From contig CM000208.1 of the NCBI GenBank assembly GCA_000002445.1, positions 1,696,001 through 1,760,000 of the forward strand: a stretch of 64,000 bases of DNA, in the 5' to 3' direction. A model generated the notes under the pieces. That model was not told the origin of the DNA and did not search any database. It saw only the letters and a list, made by a program, of their open reading frames with translations. Position numbers and translations under genes: made by a program. The DNA comes from Trypanosoma brucei (taxonomy: Eukaryota). Shown one piece after another: positions 1-10,090 of the stretch; position 1 is the stretch's first letter; every line of letters begins with the position of its first letter.

Positions 1-2
1 GC

Positions 3-1052
3 AAGACAATTCTTTTTGCAAACATTGCTGCCATAATTATAAACATCATTTCAGCTCTTTTGGCGTATCGATCAGGCTATATTGTGGCTTCTGCTGTAAT
101 GATGACATTATGTGCCCTGCACATACTGTGGTTTTACTTTGCACGGCACCGAATTCCTTTTGCTGCAGAACTTCTCAAGGCCTCTATCGATGTGTTGTCT
201 GGCTACAAGGCGGTATATTTATTCAATGTCATGTTATGTGTTGGTTGCACAGGATTACTTATACTGTGGGCAAACGCTTTTATGTGGGCGTTTCGGAGGG
301 TTAAATGGGAGACATCCGCTTCTTTCGGGTGGCCTCTGCTTGTGTTCCTTATGCTTTTCTTATTTTGGACATCGCAGGTGACAACTAATCTGATGCATGT
401 AACAACTGCTGGACTTACTGCTACATGGTACTTTGCTGGTAAGGAGAATATGCCAAAGAATCCCACCCTCGCCTCATTCAAGCGAGGTACCACCACAAGC
501 TTCGGCTCCATTTGCTTTGGGTCACTGCTTGTGGCAATTATCCGTCTCATACGGTGGCTCGTGTCAACCGCAGAAGACAGTGAACATGAAATATTACGCT
601 GTATATTCCTTTGTATTATTGGTTGTTTGGAGAGTTTGATGGAATACTTCAACACATACGCATTTGTTCATGTTGCCATCTATGGTTGTGGGTACATTGA
701 AGCAGCGAAAATGACATGGGAGTTGTGTAAACAGTGTGTGTTTTCTGCCCTATTCAATGACACTCTGATTGATGTAACACTCGGGCTACTTGCTACTTGT
801 GGTTCGCTACTGGTTGGTAGTGTTTTTGGTTTTCTCTTAAAATCCTGGGCAGCATTCGCGTTTGGTTTTGCCGTTTCTATATTGGTTCACCTCCTCATAT
901 TCTCCCCCGTGGGTAGTGCTGTAACCACCTTATTCGTATGTTATGCGGAAGTGCCTGAGGGCCTTGAGCACTCATCCCCTGACTTGTACGCGGCTCTTCA
1001 GAGAACTGACCAAAACGGCACATCAAATGGAGCAGCACCTCCACGTGTGTAA
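3..1052 (+). CDS. Choline-transporter-like (CTL/SLC44/PNS1 family) membrane protein, copy 1; 5'-partial, the gene begins upstream of the window
   Basis: The reading frame is open back to the window edge. The C-terminal block '...TAGLTATWYFAGKENMPKNPTLASFKRGTTTSFGSICFGSLLVAIIRLIRW...RCIFLCIIGCLESLMEYFNTYAFVHVAIYGCGY' fits the CTL/PNS1 signature I recall (WYF...FGS.AFGSL..A.....R.....CC.WCLE.F..F.N.NAY...AIYG). It is near-identical to copies 2 and 3. Confidence 0.7.
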   Translation, partial: KTILFANIAAIIINIISALLAYRSGYIVASAVMMTLCALHILWFYFARHRIPFAAELLKASIDVLSGYKAVYLFNVMLCVGCTGLLILWANAFMWAFRRVKWETSASFGWPLLVFLMLFLFWTSQVTTNLMHVTTAGLTATWYFAGKENMPKNPTLASFKRGTTTSFGSICFGSLLVAIIRLIRWLVSTAEDSEHEILRCIFLCIIGCLESLMEYFNTYAFVHVAIYGCGYIEAAKMTWELCKQCVFSALFNDTLIDVTLGLLATCGSLLVGSVFGFLLKSWAAFAFGFAVSILVHLLIFSPVGSAVTTLFVCYAEVPEGLEHSSPDLYAALQRTDQNGTSNGAAPPRV

Positions 1053-1569
1053 AACTTCTTAAGCTCATGCATATAAGGAGGATATGTGTTTGTCTCTCTT
1101 CTGCAAAAACTTTCCCTCCCATACCCAATTTCGCACACTCGCACCGTGTGAAGAAGAGTCAAATATCTTTTGTTTTTGATTCACTATATATAATGCACTG
1201 AAGCGTGTGTTATGCATGCAAATAAATTGATAACATCGCTGACTCTTCTTTTTGTTCTATTATATTACTCTGTTCGATTTGCTCTTGACTATTTTGTATT
1301 TTCTTTCCGTTTCATGTGATGGATGCGAGGGACATAACCACAACATATTGAATGTGTCGCGGTGTAAACTGCTCTGCTGTGAGCGGTCAGTATTGAGTTA
1401 ATATTTTTGTTCCGTGTGTTGAGGAAGTTGAATAGAGTCCTGATGCAGTCCACTCATGCGGTAAGCAGTGATGCGCCTTAGTGTGAAAATTCCTTTGATA
1501 CTGTGTGATTTGCACACTTCCATTCTTCTTCGTCACTGGAAGCTGTTGCTACTGCATACTAATGCATCA

Positions 1570-1620
1570 TCATTTCCTATTTCCTTTCCTCTTCCATAAT
1601 TTTCCATTTTCTCTGTTTTG
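1570..1620 (+). promoter_or_regulatory. Polypyrimidine tract and downstream AG (candidate trans-splice acceptor) upstream of CTL copy 2
   Basis: A CT-rich run 'catttcctatttcctttcctcttccataattttccattttctctgtttt' is followed by AG dinucleotides before the ATG at 1726. This is the usual kinetoplastid mRNA-processing signal. Confidence 0.5.
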
Positions 1621-1725
1621 TAATCAAACAAATAAGATATATTGCAAGTGTACGCAATTGCTATCCAGCAACAAAGGGCTATAGACACTATTATCTCAGT
1701 GATAAGGTATTGTTTATTTCTGAAG

Positions 1726-3243
1726 ATGACGCAAAAGGGGTACGTCGGAGTTCCTGAGGAACCATACAGGTCTAAATTTACTCCTGAGGTGGGACCTTAT
1801 TATGGATTTGAAGGAGAAGGAACACATGCTGTGCCGCTACAAGGAATACCGCTATACCAAGGTGAAGGTAATAATCAAGAAGGATTGAAACGTTTTGTGG
1901 TACAAGGGTATAAGGATGTGTGGGCTGCAATATTATACATTTTATGCATTCTTGCAACTATTGGGCTTGGAATATATAATATTTGTCAGCAGGGATTGCG
2001 TAGTTTAATATCTGCTGATGTAGTAAATATTTTTTGGGCTTGTAATGATGATAGTTGTATTGACTCGGTGTGTCTTTTCTTTCTTCTTGCTTTTGCTTTT
2101 TCAGTTATTGTATGTTTGTCCTCTTTGTCGTTGATGAAACGTTTTGCTAGCGGAATAATCAAGGGTTGCAACGTTATTTTGCTTATTTTTTATGTCGTTG
2201 CTTTCCTTTTTTCGGTATGGGCACTTAATAACGCTTTTGCTATTCCATGGTTTTGTATGCTGGTTGTGCATTTACTTTGGCTTTTCTTTGCAGGTCGGCG
2301 TATTCCTCTCGCTGCTGAGCTTCTGAAAAGCTCTTCTACTGTGGTATGTAACTACAAAGCACTGTGCGCAGTCAACGCCGTCCTGTTTGGTGCACATGTC
2401 TTTTTCAGTGTTATGTGGGCGTCTGTTATGAAACCACTATATGCGCAGCTGGCGAAGATGGAGTTAAATCCGAGCGCTGGTGGAGCTCGCAATGAGGAAG
2501 ATTTGACTCTCAACATTCTATTCCTAAGCTTGCTTGCTCTGCTGTTCGTCATGTTTTGGGCGACGCAGGTGACAACTAATCTGATGCATGTAACAACTGC
2601 TGGACTTACTGCTACATGGTACTTTGCTGGTAAGGAGAATATGCCAAAGAATCCCACCCTCGCCTCATTCAAGCGAGGTACCACCACAAGCTTCGGCTCC
2701 ATTTGCTTTGGGTCACTGCTTGTGGCAATTATCCGTCTCATACGGTGGCTCGTGTCAACCGCAGAAGACAGTGAACATGAAATATTACGCTGTATATTCC
2801 TTTGTATTATTGGTTGTTTGGAGAGTTTGATGGAATACTTCAACACATACGCATTTGTTCATGTTGCCATCTATGGTTGTGGGTACACTGAAGCAGCGAA
2901 AATGACATGGGAGTTGTGTAAACGGTGTTCTTGTGCTGCTTTGTTTAATGACAGACTGATTGATGTGACATTATTTGTTGCTTCATTTATTGGTTCGCTA
3001 CTGGTTGGTGTTATCGTCGGTCTTGTGTCTGCATCGGGAGGTGGATTTGCGTTTGGTTTCACCGTTTCTATATTGGTTCACCTTTTCATATTCTCCCCCG
3101 TGGGTAGTGCTGTAACCACCTTATTCGTATGTTATGCGGAAGTGCCTGAGGGCCTTGAGCACTCATCCCCTGACTTGTACGCGGCTCTTCAGAGAACTGA
3201 CCAAAACGGCACATCAAATGGAGCAGCACCTCCACGTGTGTAA
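1726..3243 (+). CDS. Choline-transporter-like (CTL/SLC44/PNS1 family) membrane protein, copy 2, full length
   Basis: The ORF runs 1642–3243, and the first ATG after the pyrimidine tract is at 1726 (MTQKGYVGVPEE...). It has multiple hydrophobic segments and the CTL C-terminal signature. The last ~150 nt of CDS plus ~590 nt downstream are identical to copy 1. Confidence 0.75.
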   Translation: MTQKGYVGVPEEPYRSKFTPEVGPYYGFEGEGTHAVPLQGIPLYQGEGNNQEGLKRFVVQGYKDVWAAILYILCILATIGLGIYNICQQGLRSLISADVVNIFWACNDDSCIDSVCLFFLLAFAFSVIVCLSSLSLMKRFASGIIKGCNVILLIFYVVAFLFSVWALNNAFAIPWFCMLVVHLLWLFFAGRRIPLAAELLKSSSTVVCNYKALCAVNAVLFGAHVFFSVMWASVMKPLYAQLAKMELNPSAGGARNEEDLTLNILFLSLLALLFVMFWATQVTTNLMHVTTAGLTATWYFAGKENMPKNPTLASFKRGTTTSFGSICFGSLLVAIIRLIRWLVSTAEDSEHEILRCIFLCIIGCLESLMEYFNTYAFVHVAIYGCGYTEAAKMTWELCKRCSCAALFNDRLIDVTLFVASFIGSLLVGVIVGLVSASGGGFAFGFTVSILVHLFIFSPVGSAVTTLFVCYAEVPEGLEHSSPDLYAALQRTDQNGTSNGAAPPRV

Positions 3244-3760
3244 AACTTCTTAAGCTCATGCATATAAGGAGGATATGTGTTTGTCTCTCTTCTGCAAAAA
3301 CTTTCCCTCCCATACCCAATTTCGCACACTCGCACCGTGTGAAGAAGAGTCAAATATCTTTTGTTTTTGATTCACTATATATAATGCACTGAAGCGTGTG
3401 TTATGCATGCAAATAAATTGATAACATCGCTGACTCTTCTTTTTGTTCTATTATATTACTCTGTTCGATTTGCTCTTGACTATTTTGTATTTTCTTTCCG
3501 TTTCATGTGATGGATGCGAGGGACATAACCACAACATATTGAATGTGTCGCGGTGTAAACTGCTCTGTTGTGAGCGGTCAGTATTGAGTTAATATTTTTG
3601 TTCCGTGTGTTGAGGAAGTTGAATAGAGTCCTGATGCAGTCCACTCATGCGGTAAGCAGTGATGCGCCTTAGTGTGAAAATTCCTTTGATACTGTGTGAT
3701 TTGCACACTTCCATTCTTCTTCGTCACTGGAAGCTGTTTCTACTGCATACTAATGCATCA

Positions 3761-3812
3761 TCATTTCCTATTTCCTTTCCTCCTCCATCATTTTCCATTT
3801 TCTCTGTTTTTT
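3761..3812 (+). promoter_or_regulatory. Polypyrimidine tract (candidate splice acceptor) upstream of CTL copy 3
   Basis: This is the same CT-rich element as 1570–1620, repeated as part of the 2.2-kb tandem unit. Confidence 0.45.
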
Positions 3813-3916
3813 AATCAAACAAATAAGATATATTGCAAGTGTACGCAATTGCTATCCAGCAACAAAGGGCTATAGACACTATTATCTCAGTGATAAGGTA
3901 TTGTTTATTTCTGAAG

Positions 3917-5470
3917 ATGACGCAAAAGGGGTACGTCGGAGTTCCTGAGGAACCATACAGGTCTAAATTTACTCCTGAGGGGGGACCTTATTATGGATTT
4001 GAAGGAGAAGGAACACATGCTGTGCCGCACAAGGGAATACCGCTATACCAGGTGAAGGTTAATATCAAAAAGGGATTGAAACGTTTTGTGGTCAAGGGTA
4101 TTAGGGATGTGTGGGCTGCAATTTAATACATTTATGCATTTCTTGCAACTATTGGCTTTGCGTGGTATAATACTTTTTCTCAAAATTTTTCTGAAATTAT
4201 ATAGGATAGTGTTGGAAAGTTATTCTGGCGCAGTTCTGACGAATGCTTTACTGTTTTTCTCTCTGTTCTTTTCTTTGTTTCTTCTGTCAGTTCAGTAATT
4301 TTATCCTTGTTTTCTTTATCGTTGATGAAGCGCTTTCCACATGATATGATCATCACGGCAAACCTTCTATTCTTTGCCGTGTGCATTGTTGGTTTTTTGT
4401 TGTCTATTCTTTGGGGAAATCTTTATTTACTTCTTTTATGTTTGGGTCTTTTTATTGTGCATTGGTTATGTTTTACGGAGTTGCGGAACCGCGTTCCATT
4501 CGCTGCTGAGCTTCTGAAAAGCTCTTCTACTGTGGTATGTAACTACAAAGCACTGTGCGCAGTCAACGTCGTCCTCTTTGGTATGTTTACCCTTTTTCTG
4601 GTTTTGTGGTGCTCCGCTTTCTCTGCACTGAGCAATGTGTTGAGTAAACAACCAGACCCGAGCAGTGGTGTGAGTGGTAAACGAGGCAATTCATTTTTGA
4701 TTATTTCTGTATATTTACTGCACCTAATGTTGCTGTTTGTCATGTTTTGGGCGACGCAGGTGACAACTAATCTGATGCATGTAACAACTGCTGGACTTAC
4801 TGCTACATGGTACTTTGCTGGTAAGGAGAATATGCCAAAGAATCCCACCCTCGCCTCATTCAAGCGAGGTACCACCACAAGCTTCGGCTCCATTTGCTTT
4901 GGGTCACTGCTTGTGGCAATTATCCGTCTCATACGGTGGCTCGTGTCAACCGCAGAAGACAGTGAACATGAAATATTACGCTGTATATTCCTTTGTATTA
5001 TTGGTTGTTTGGAGAGTTTGATGGAATACTTCAACACATACGCATTTGTTCATGTTGCCATCTATGGTTGTGGGTACACTGAAGCAGCGAAAATGACATG
5101 GGAGTTGTATAAACGGTGTTCTTGTGCTGCTTTGTTTAGTTGTTTTTTTGTTGACGCTATGTTGTGTCTATTTGCAGTACTAAGCGCCCTTCTTGTTTGT
5201 GCTGTTGTTTGTACTGCTTATGGTTTAGTCTTTGATTTATCGTTTGGTATTTTGCATATTACCGCTGAAATCTTCGTATTCAGTTTTGGTGTTTGTATGT
5301 TGGTTCACCTCTTCGTCTTTTCTTCCGTAACCAGTGCTGTAACCACCTTATTCGTATGTTATGCGGAAGTGCCTGAGGGCCTTGAGCACTCATCCCCTGA
5401 CTTGTACGCGGCTCTTCAGAGAACTGACCAAAACGGCACATCAAATGGAGCAGCACCTCCACGTGTGTAA
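3917..5470 (+). pseudogene. Choline-transporter-like gene copy 3 with a frameshifted N-terminal region; either a pseudogene or an N-terminally truncated variant (intact ORF 4307–5470)
   Basis: ATG at 3917 encodes MTQKGYVGVPEE... as in copy 2, but the frame terminates at 4126. Homology then continues in a second frame (4086–4298) and a third (4307–5470, containing 'SLSLMKRF' as in copy 2). Compared with copy 2 there is a visible 1-nt deletion near 4118–4125. The C-terminal 387 aa are intact and carry the CTL signature. Confidence 0.5.
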
Positions 5471-6107
5471 AACTTCTTAAGCTCATGCATATAAGGAGGA
5501 TATGTGTTTGTCTCTCTTCTGCAAAAACTTTCCCTCCCATACCCAATTTCGCACACTCGCACCGTGTGAAGAAGAGTCAAATATCTTTTGTTTTTGATTC
5601 ACTATATATAATGCACTGAAGCGTGTGTTATGTATGCAAATAAATTGATAACATCGCTGACTCTTCTTTTTGTTCTATTATATTACTCTGTTCGATTTGC
5701 TCTTGACTATTTTGTATTTTCTTTCCGTTTCATGTGATGGATGCGAGGGACATAACCACAACATATTGAATGTGTCGCGGTGTAAACTGCTCTGTTGTGA
5801 GCGGTCAGTATTGAGTTAATATTTTTGTTCCGTGTGTTGAGGAAGTTGAATAGAGTCCTGATGCAGTCCACTCATGCGGTAATAGGAGTGACATTCCAAT
5901 GTTTGTACATTATTTGTGTCGTTTTAAATTTATTACGTCTTTTTTTTTTTTGTGTGTGTGTGTGCTTCTTGTCTTTCTGATGTTGTGGTGATGTCTTCTA
6001 TCTGTTTTTTTTTCAGTTTCTATTCATTGCTTAATATTGTTTTTTTACTTCTTTTTTATTGTTGGTGTAGATACGGATTGTAGAAGTCGTGTTGTTGGTC
6101 TGCCTGA

Positions 6108-6761
6108 ATGCGTGCGCTGTTTGGCGGTTTTGTCTTTGTTGTTGGTAACGATGTGCCGCAAGAGGTGCTTTCTCTAGTCGTTGCTTGTGGGGGTCGAGTG
6201 TGCAGGGAACTCACAGCTGCCACTACGCATGGCTTAGTTGTTGGACCTGAGTGCGGGGATTCTATTGATGTTGAACAATTACGCGGCCTGCGGATTCCAA
6301 TACTTCGAACTCATTGGATACGTGCGTGTGTAGCTGCTTTACGTATTTTGCCGATGAAAGGGGCAGCTGCTGCGTTCGACCCTTTTCTTTTTGATTCTTT
6401 ATTGTTTACAACTACGATGATGCGATGTGACCTGAAGGATCGTGTTGCTGCTCTTATTATTTTTTTGGGAGGTTCCTATTCTCCTCATCTTACCATCAGC
6501 ACTGATGTAGTGCTGGTTGGAGATGATGCGGTGGAGTCAATTAGTGGGAGTGATTGCGTTGTTGACGTTTCGCTTGTTGATAAGTCGCATCGTGGTCCCG
6601 CGAAACCTTTGGGTGCTGCAAATGCGGGCGTTAAGCGTGGTGTGCGTAGCTCAAAGTTAAAGCTGGCCGCAAGTCGCTCAATTCCATGTGTGAATTTGGT
6701 TTGGTTACAAAAGTGTATTTCCACTGGACAGGTGCATCTTCCCGTGACTGGGGGGTTGTGA
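6108..6761 (+). CDS. Hypothetical protein, possible tandem BRCT-like domains
   Basis: A 217-aa ORF sits in the same orientation as its neighbours. Two segments (FVFVVGNDVPQEVLSLVVACGGRV...THGLVVG...IPILRTHWIRAC and LIIFLGGSYSPHLTISTDVVLVG...IPCVNLVWLQKCISTG) resemble the BRCT pattern (hydrophobic–GG–TH/TD–I/V–W). Similarity is weak. Confidence 0.35.
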   Translation: MRALFGGFVFVVGNDVPQEVLSLVVACGGRVCRELTAATTHGLVVGPECGDSIDVEQLRGLRIPILRTHWIRACVAALRILPMKGAAAAFDPFLFDSLLFTTTMMRCDLKDRVAALIIFLGGSYSPHLTISTDVVLVGDDAVESISGSDCVVDVSLVDKSHRGPAKPLGAANAGVKRGVRSSKLKLAASRSIPCVNLVWLQKCISTGQVHLPVTGGL

Positions 6762-7902
6762 TGGTGCCTAGGGCCATTATTTATTATTTTTTTTACATTA
6801 GATATTACCATAGATCTTTTAATTGTGCTTTCTGTTTCGTACGTTTTATTAAGTTTCTTTTTCATTTCGTAAGCTGGTGTTCTGTTTTGAACATGTACTT
6901 TGCGGCACAAAGATTATCGTTGAAGAAAGTGTGTTTTGTACTTTTCGTTAAGTTATTATTCTTGTTGAGAGCTTAGCGACGCGTATCGTACAGAAAGTTT
7001 GCTAACTTTTCCACCACTGGTGTTGATGAATGGAGCAGCCGGGCTTGTTTGCACAGGGGGTGTGATGTTGACGTGTGCCTAGATATTAGATTGTGGATTT
7101 TCCTAGAAAAGAGAAAGGTTTGTATGCGGTGGAAGTGTCTGATGCGCGGTTTCGACCAGCGGGCCGACATTTGACAGAAGAGATTCTTCAGAGCTATTTA
7201 TTCCCGATTGAAGAGTTTCAGTTGTTTTATTTCTTTTTTAAAGTTTCATCTCTCTTTTTCTTCAGTGTGCGGTTCCCTTCTTCTCAGTTGACTTTCGGTG
7301 ACTCTGTTTCATTGCGCCCTTCTCGGTTATGTTGCTTCGTGCATATCCGTTGTTTCTTTTTTCTCCCCTTCTCTTGTCATCTTGCTTTGACTAGTTTCAT
7401 TCACAGGAAGGTTGATAATCGTCTCCACCCCGTTTTTTTTTTTGTGTTACTCATCATTTCGGAGGGGAATTGCTCATGTAACGGGGTCTCCGTTTAAAAG
7501 CGCTTCTTTTTTTTTTAAAAAAAACTCTACATTTCCTTTTTGTATTGAATGTTGTCGTTGGTTTCAACTGCCTTTCTCTTCTGTATTGCTGGGGACTTTT
7601 ATTCGTTTGTGAACTTTTTTTTTGTTTTCGGGCCCGTTTAGAAGGAAAGAAAAAAGGGAACTATATTTCTGTGTAGGCAGACGGGCGGGCTCACCACCGC
7701 AGATTGAGGCCGCGGTGATTGGGACTTGGCAAGCACCCTAAGGAAAGGCTGTCAACAAAATAGTTGTAATAAAGCCGAAACATTTGTGTGTGTGCGTGAG
7801 AGAAGGGGGGGGGAAACAGAAGAGGAGGCACTTAGAACAATAGTAAAAGCATCGTAGGGGAAACGGGTGAGGGGTTTGTGATAACAGGACGCCGGCAACC
7901 AA

Positions 7903-9678
7903 TTGATAATGTCGACCGCGCCTCCCAATCTGTTTAGCACAGTGGCAGCCTACATGGACGCGATTCTCCCCGCAGACAACGCAATGAAGGTTTTGCTGGT
8001 GGACGAAGCCACCCTTCATATAATCTCCATGGTGCGCTCGCAGACATTTTTACTCAGCAGGGGTGTGTTTCTTGTAGCGCGCGTCGATAACCACTCGCAA
8101 CGAAAGTGCATGGGGAACATGCGCTGTGTTGTGTTTATCCGACCGCAAGTTCTTAGTGTTAATGCGGTATGTGATGAACTCCGCAATCCAAAGTATGAGA
8201 GCTATGCCATTTACTTCAGTGCAGCAGCTCCATCAGAGCTACTCGATTCCTTAGCTTGCGCTGATGTGAGGGGTGTCGTGAGGTCAGTCTGCGAGGTGTT
8301 CTGCGACTTTGTTACACTGAATGCCGATGCGTTTGTCACCGCTGCCCCTGTTCCCAATGTGTTGCTACCTGGATTTATGAACTCTGGGTCATTGAAACGT
8401 GTGGCTGAGGGCATTGCGTCCACCTTTGTGGCTCACCGACGGCGCCCATACGTGCGTTATGATCAGCGGAGTGCTTTCGCTCGGAGCCTGGCAACGGTGC
8501 TCAATGATGTTCTAGGAGAAAACATTGAACTGTATGATTACAAGAGCAAGGATACCGTGTTGTTGATACTGGACCGGAACAGTGATGCCCTTACGCCTCT
8601 CATTACGCCATGGACGTACCAATCCATGCTCAACGAGCACGTAGGCCTTCAGTACAACCGACTACACTTCTCTGCTGCTACGTCTCAGAACAATCAGGAA
8701 CAAAAAGGGAGCGAAGAGGGGGAGGGAGAGTACGTGTTTTCACCAAATGATGATTCCTTTTTTGCCGCGAATATGTTTGCAAACTGGGGGGATCTGTGCC
8801 AGAACGTAAAGGAATTTGTCGACAAATGCAAATCAACGATCAATATTGATCGGAATACGGCCACAATGGATGAAATAAAGGATTACGTGCAACGGATTTC
8901 ACACACTAAGAGCATGGCGGGCTCAGTGGAAAAGCACGCTACAGTTGTAACGCACCTTTCATCAGAGATTAAGAAGCGTGGACTGCTCGAAACATCGCTT
9001 CTCGAGCAACACATGATCGTTGCTAATGACCCAACGGGGCATTGGAACCGCCTCCAGGATTTTGTTTGCCAGCGCAACCGCGGCAGTGGCGACGGTGTGG
9101 CGACTGTCACCGACATCGTCCGCTTATGCTTGATTTATCACCTGAAGTATGAAAAACCCCACCAACCATCGCGTGTGACAGAGGTGCTAAGGGGCCTAGG
9201 GGCAAACTACGGAGATCTATTGCGCAAACTACGCCAGTACAACGGTGACAGGCCGACTGAAGAGCTCTTTGGTGCCACTGGCGTCATAGCAACAATAGTT
9301 AAAAGCTTTGTTGATTCGGAGAATATTTATACACAGCACGAGGCAGTGTTGAAACGAACGCTACTGCAACTCTTCAGCGGTCGGCTACCCGTAGAGCAGT
9401 ATCCGTATCTCGGCCCCTCTTCACCTGGGAACGCTGGTGCATCTTGTTTTCACCAGCCTCAGCAACCGTTCACGTTCAAACCGAAGGAAGTGATTGTTTT
9501 TATGTGCGGTGGATATACTTATTCCGAGGCGGCGGTAATTAATGCTATTAACACGGGTTCAGCATATACCGGCTCAGCCGCAAGTAGTCTTCCACAAGGT
9601 CCTGTGCACGCCTGCATCGGTGGGACTGGAGTCCTTAACAGTGAAACCTTCCTGAGCCTGCTAGCAGCGCACGCATGA
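7903..9678 (+). CDS. VPS45: Vacuolar protein sorting-associated protein 45 (Sec1/Munc18 family)
   Basis: Blocks align closely with my memory of human VPS45: 'MKVLLVDEATLHIISMV', 'LRNPKYESYAIYFS', 'LLILDRNSDALTPLITPWTYQSMLNEHVGLQYNRL', 'ENIYTQHEAVLKRTLLQLFSGRLPVEQYPYLGPSS' and 'VIVFMCGGYTYSEAAVINAIN'. Length is 591 aa. Confidence 0.85.
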   Translation: MIMSTAPPNLFSTVAAYMDAILPADNAMKVLLVDEATLHIISMVRSQTFLLSRGVFLVARVDNHSQRKCMGNMRCVVFIRPQVLSVNAVCDELRNPKYESYAIYFSAAAPSELLDSLACADVRGVVRSVCEVFCDFVTLNADAFVTAAPVPNVLLPGFMNSGSLKRVAEGIASTFVAHRRRPYVRYDQRSAFARSLATVLNDVLGENIELYDYKSKDTVLLILDRNSDALTPLITPWTYQSMLNEHVGLQYNRLHFSAATSQNNQEQKGSEEGEGEYVFSPNDDSFFAANMFANWGDLCQNVKEFVDKCKSTINIDRNTATMDEIKDYVQRISHTKSMAGSVEKHATVVTHLSSEIKKRGLLETSLLEQHMIVANDPTGHWNRLQDFVCQRNRGSGDGVATVTDIVRLCLIYHLKYEKPHQPSRVTEVLRGLGANYGDLLRKLRQYNGDRPTEELFGATGVIATIVKSFVDSENIYTQHEAVLKRTLLQLFSGRLPVEQYPYLGPSSPGNAGASCFHQPQQPFTFKPKEVIVFMCGGYTYSEAAVINAINTGSAYTGSAASSLPQGPVHACIGGTGVLNSETFLSLLAAHA

Positions 9679-10090
9679 TGTGCCGCCCTCGCCTGTTTTG
9701 GCGGGGACATTGCGCCTCCGCATGGTGGTATGAATAAACGAAACCAAAATACGGTGCGCGGGGGGGGGCGCAAAACGGTGGGGATATGTTTTTGGTGAGC
9801 AAGCTGTCAGCTACAATCCTTGCTTTTGTTTTCCTTTCACGATCTATACAAGAATAAAATCCTTCAGTAACCGGATGCTGACTTGCGTTGATGGTGTGTA
9901 CGTGCATAGCACCTTCACTGTTTAATGGGTCATACCCCTTACCGTATCATATATATCCACCTTGTCCTTCCTGCTCCTTTCTCTTATGCGTTTCCATTCT
10001 GTCTTGTTGCTTCTGCTGCTGTTGACATCTCAACGTTTGGTCAGAGGGAGTAACTTACCCTCCAGCATCGTTGGTTGAGGTGGCGTACGC

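Noticed and set aside
203-655. Antisense ORFs of 150–164 aa recurring inside each CTL copy (203–655, 2352–2846, 4543–5037 on the minus strand) and short + strand ORFs (433–639 and equivalents)
   Set aside because: They are identical only because the underlying CTL coding block is repeated. They overlap a strongly supported sense CDS, and their translations are low-complexity with no motifs.
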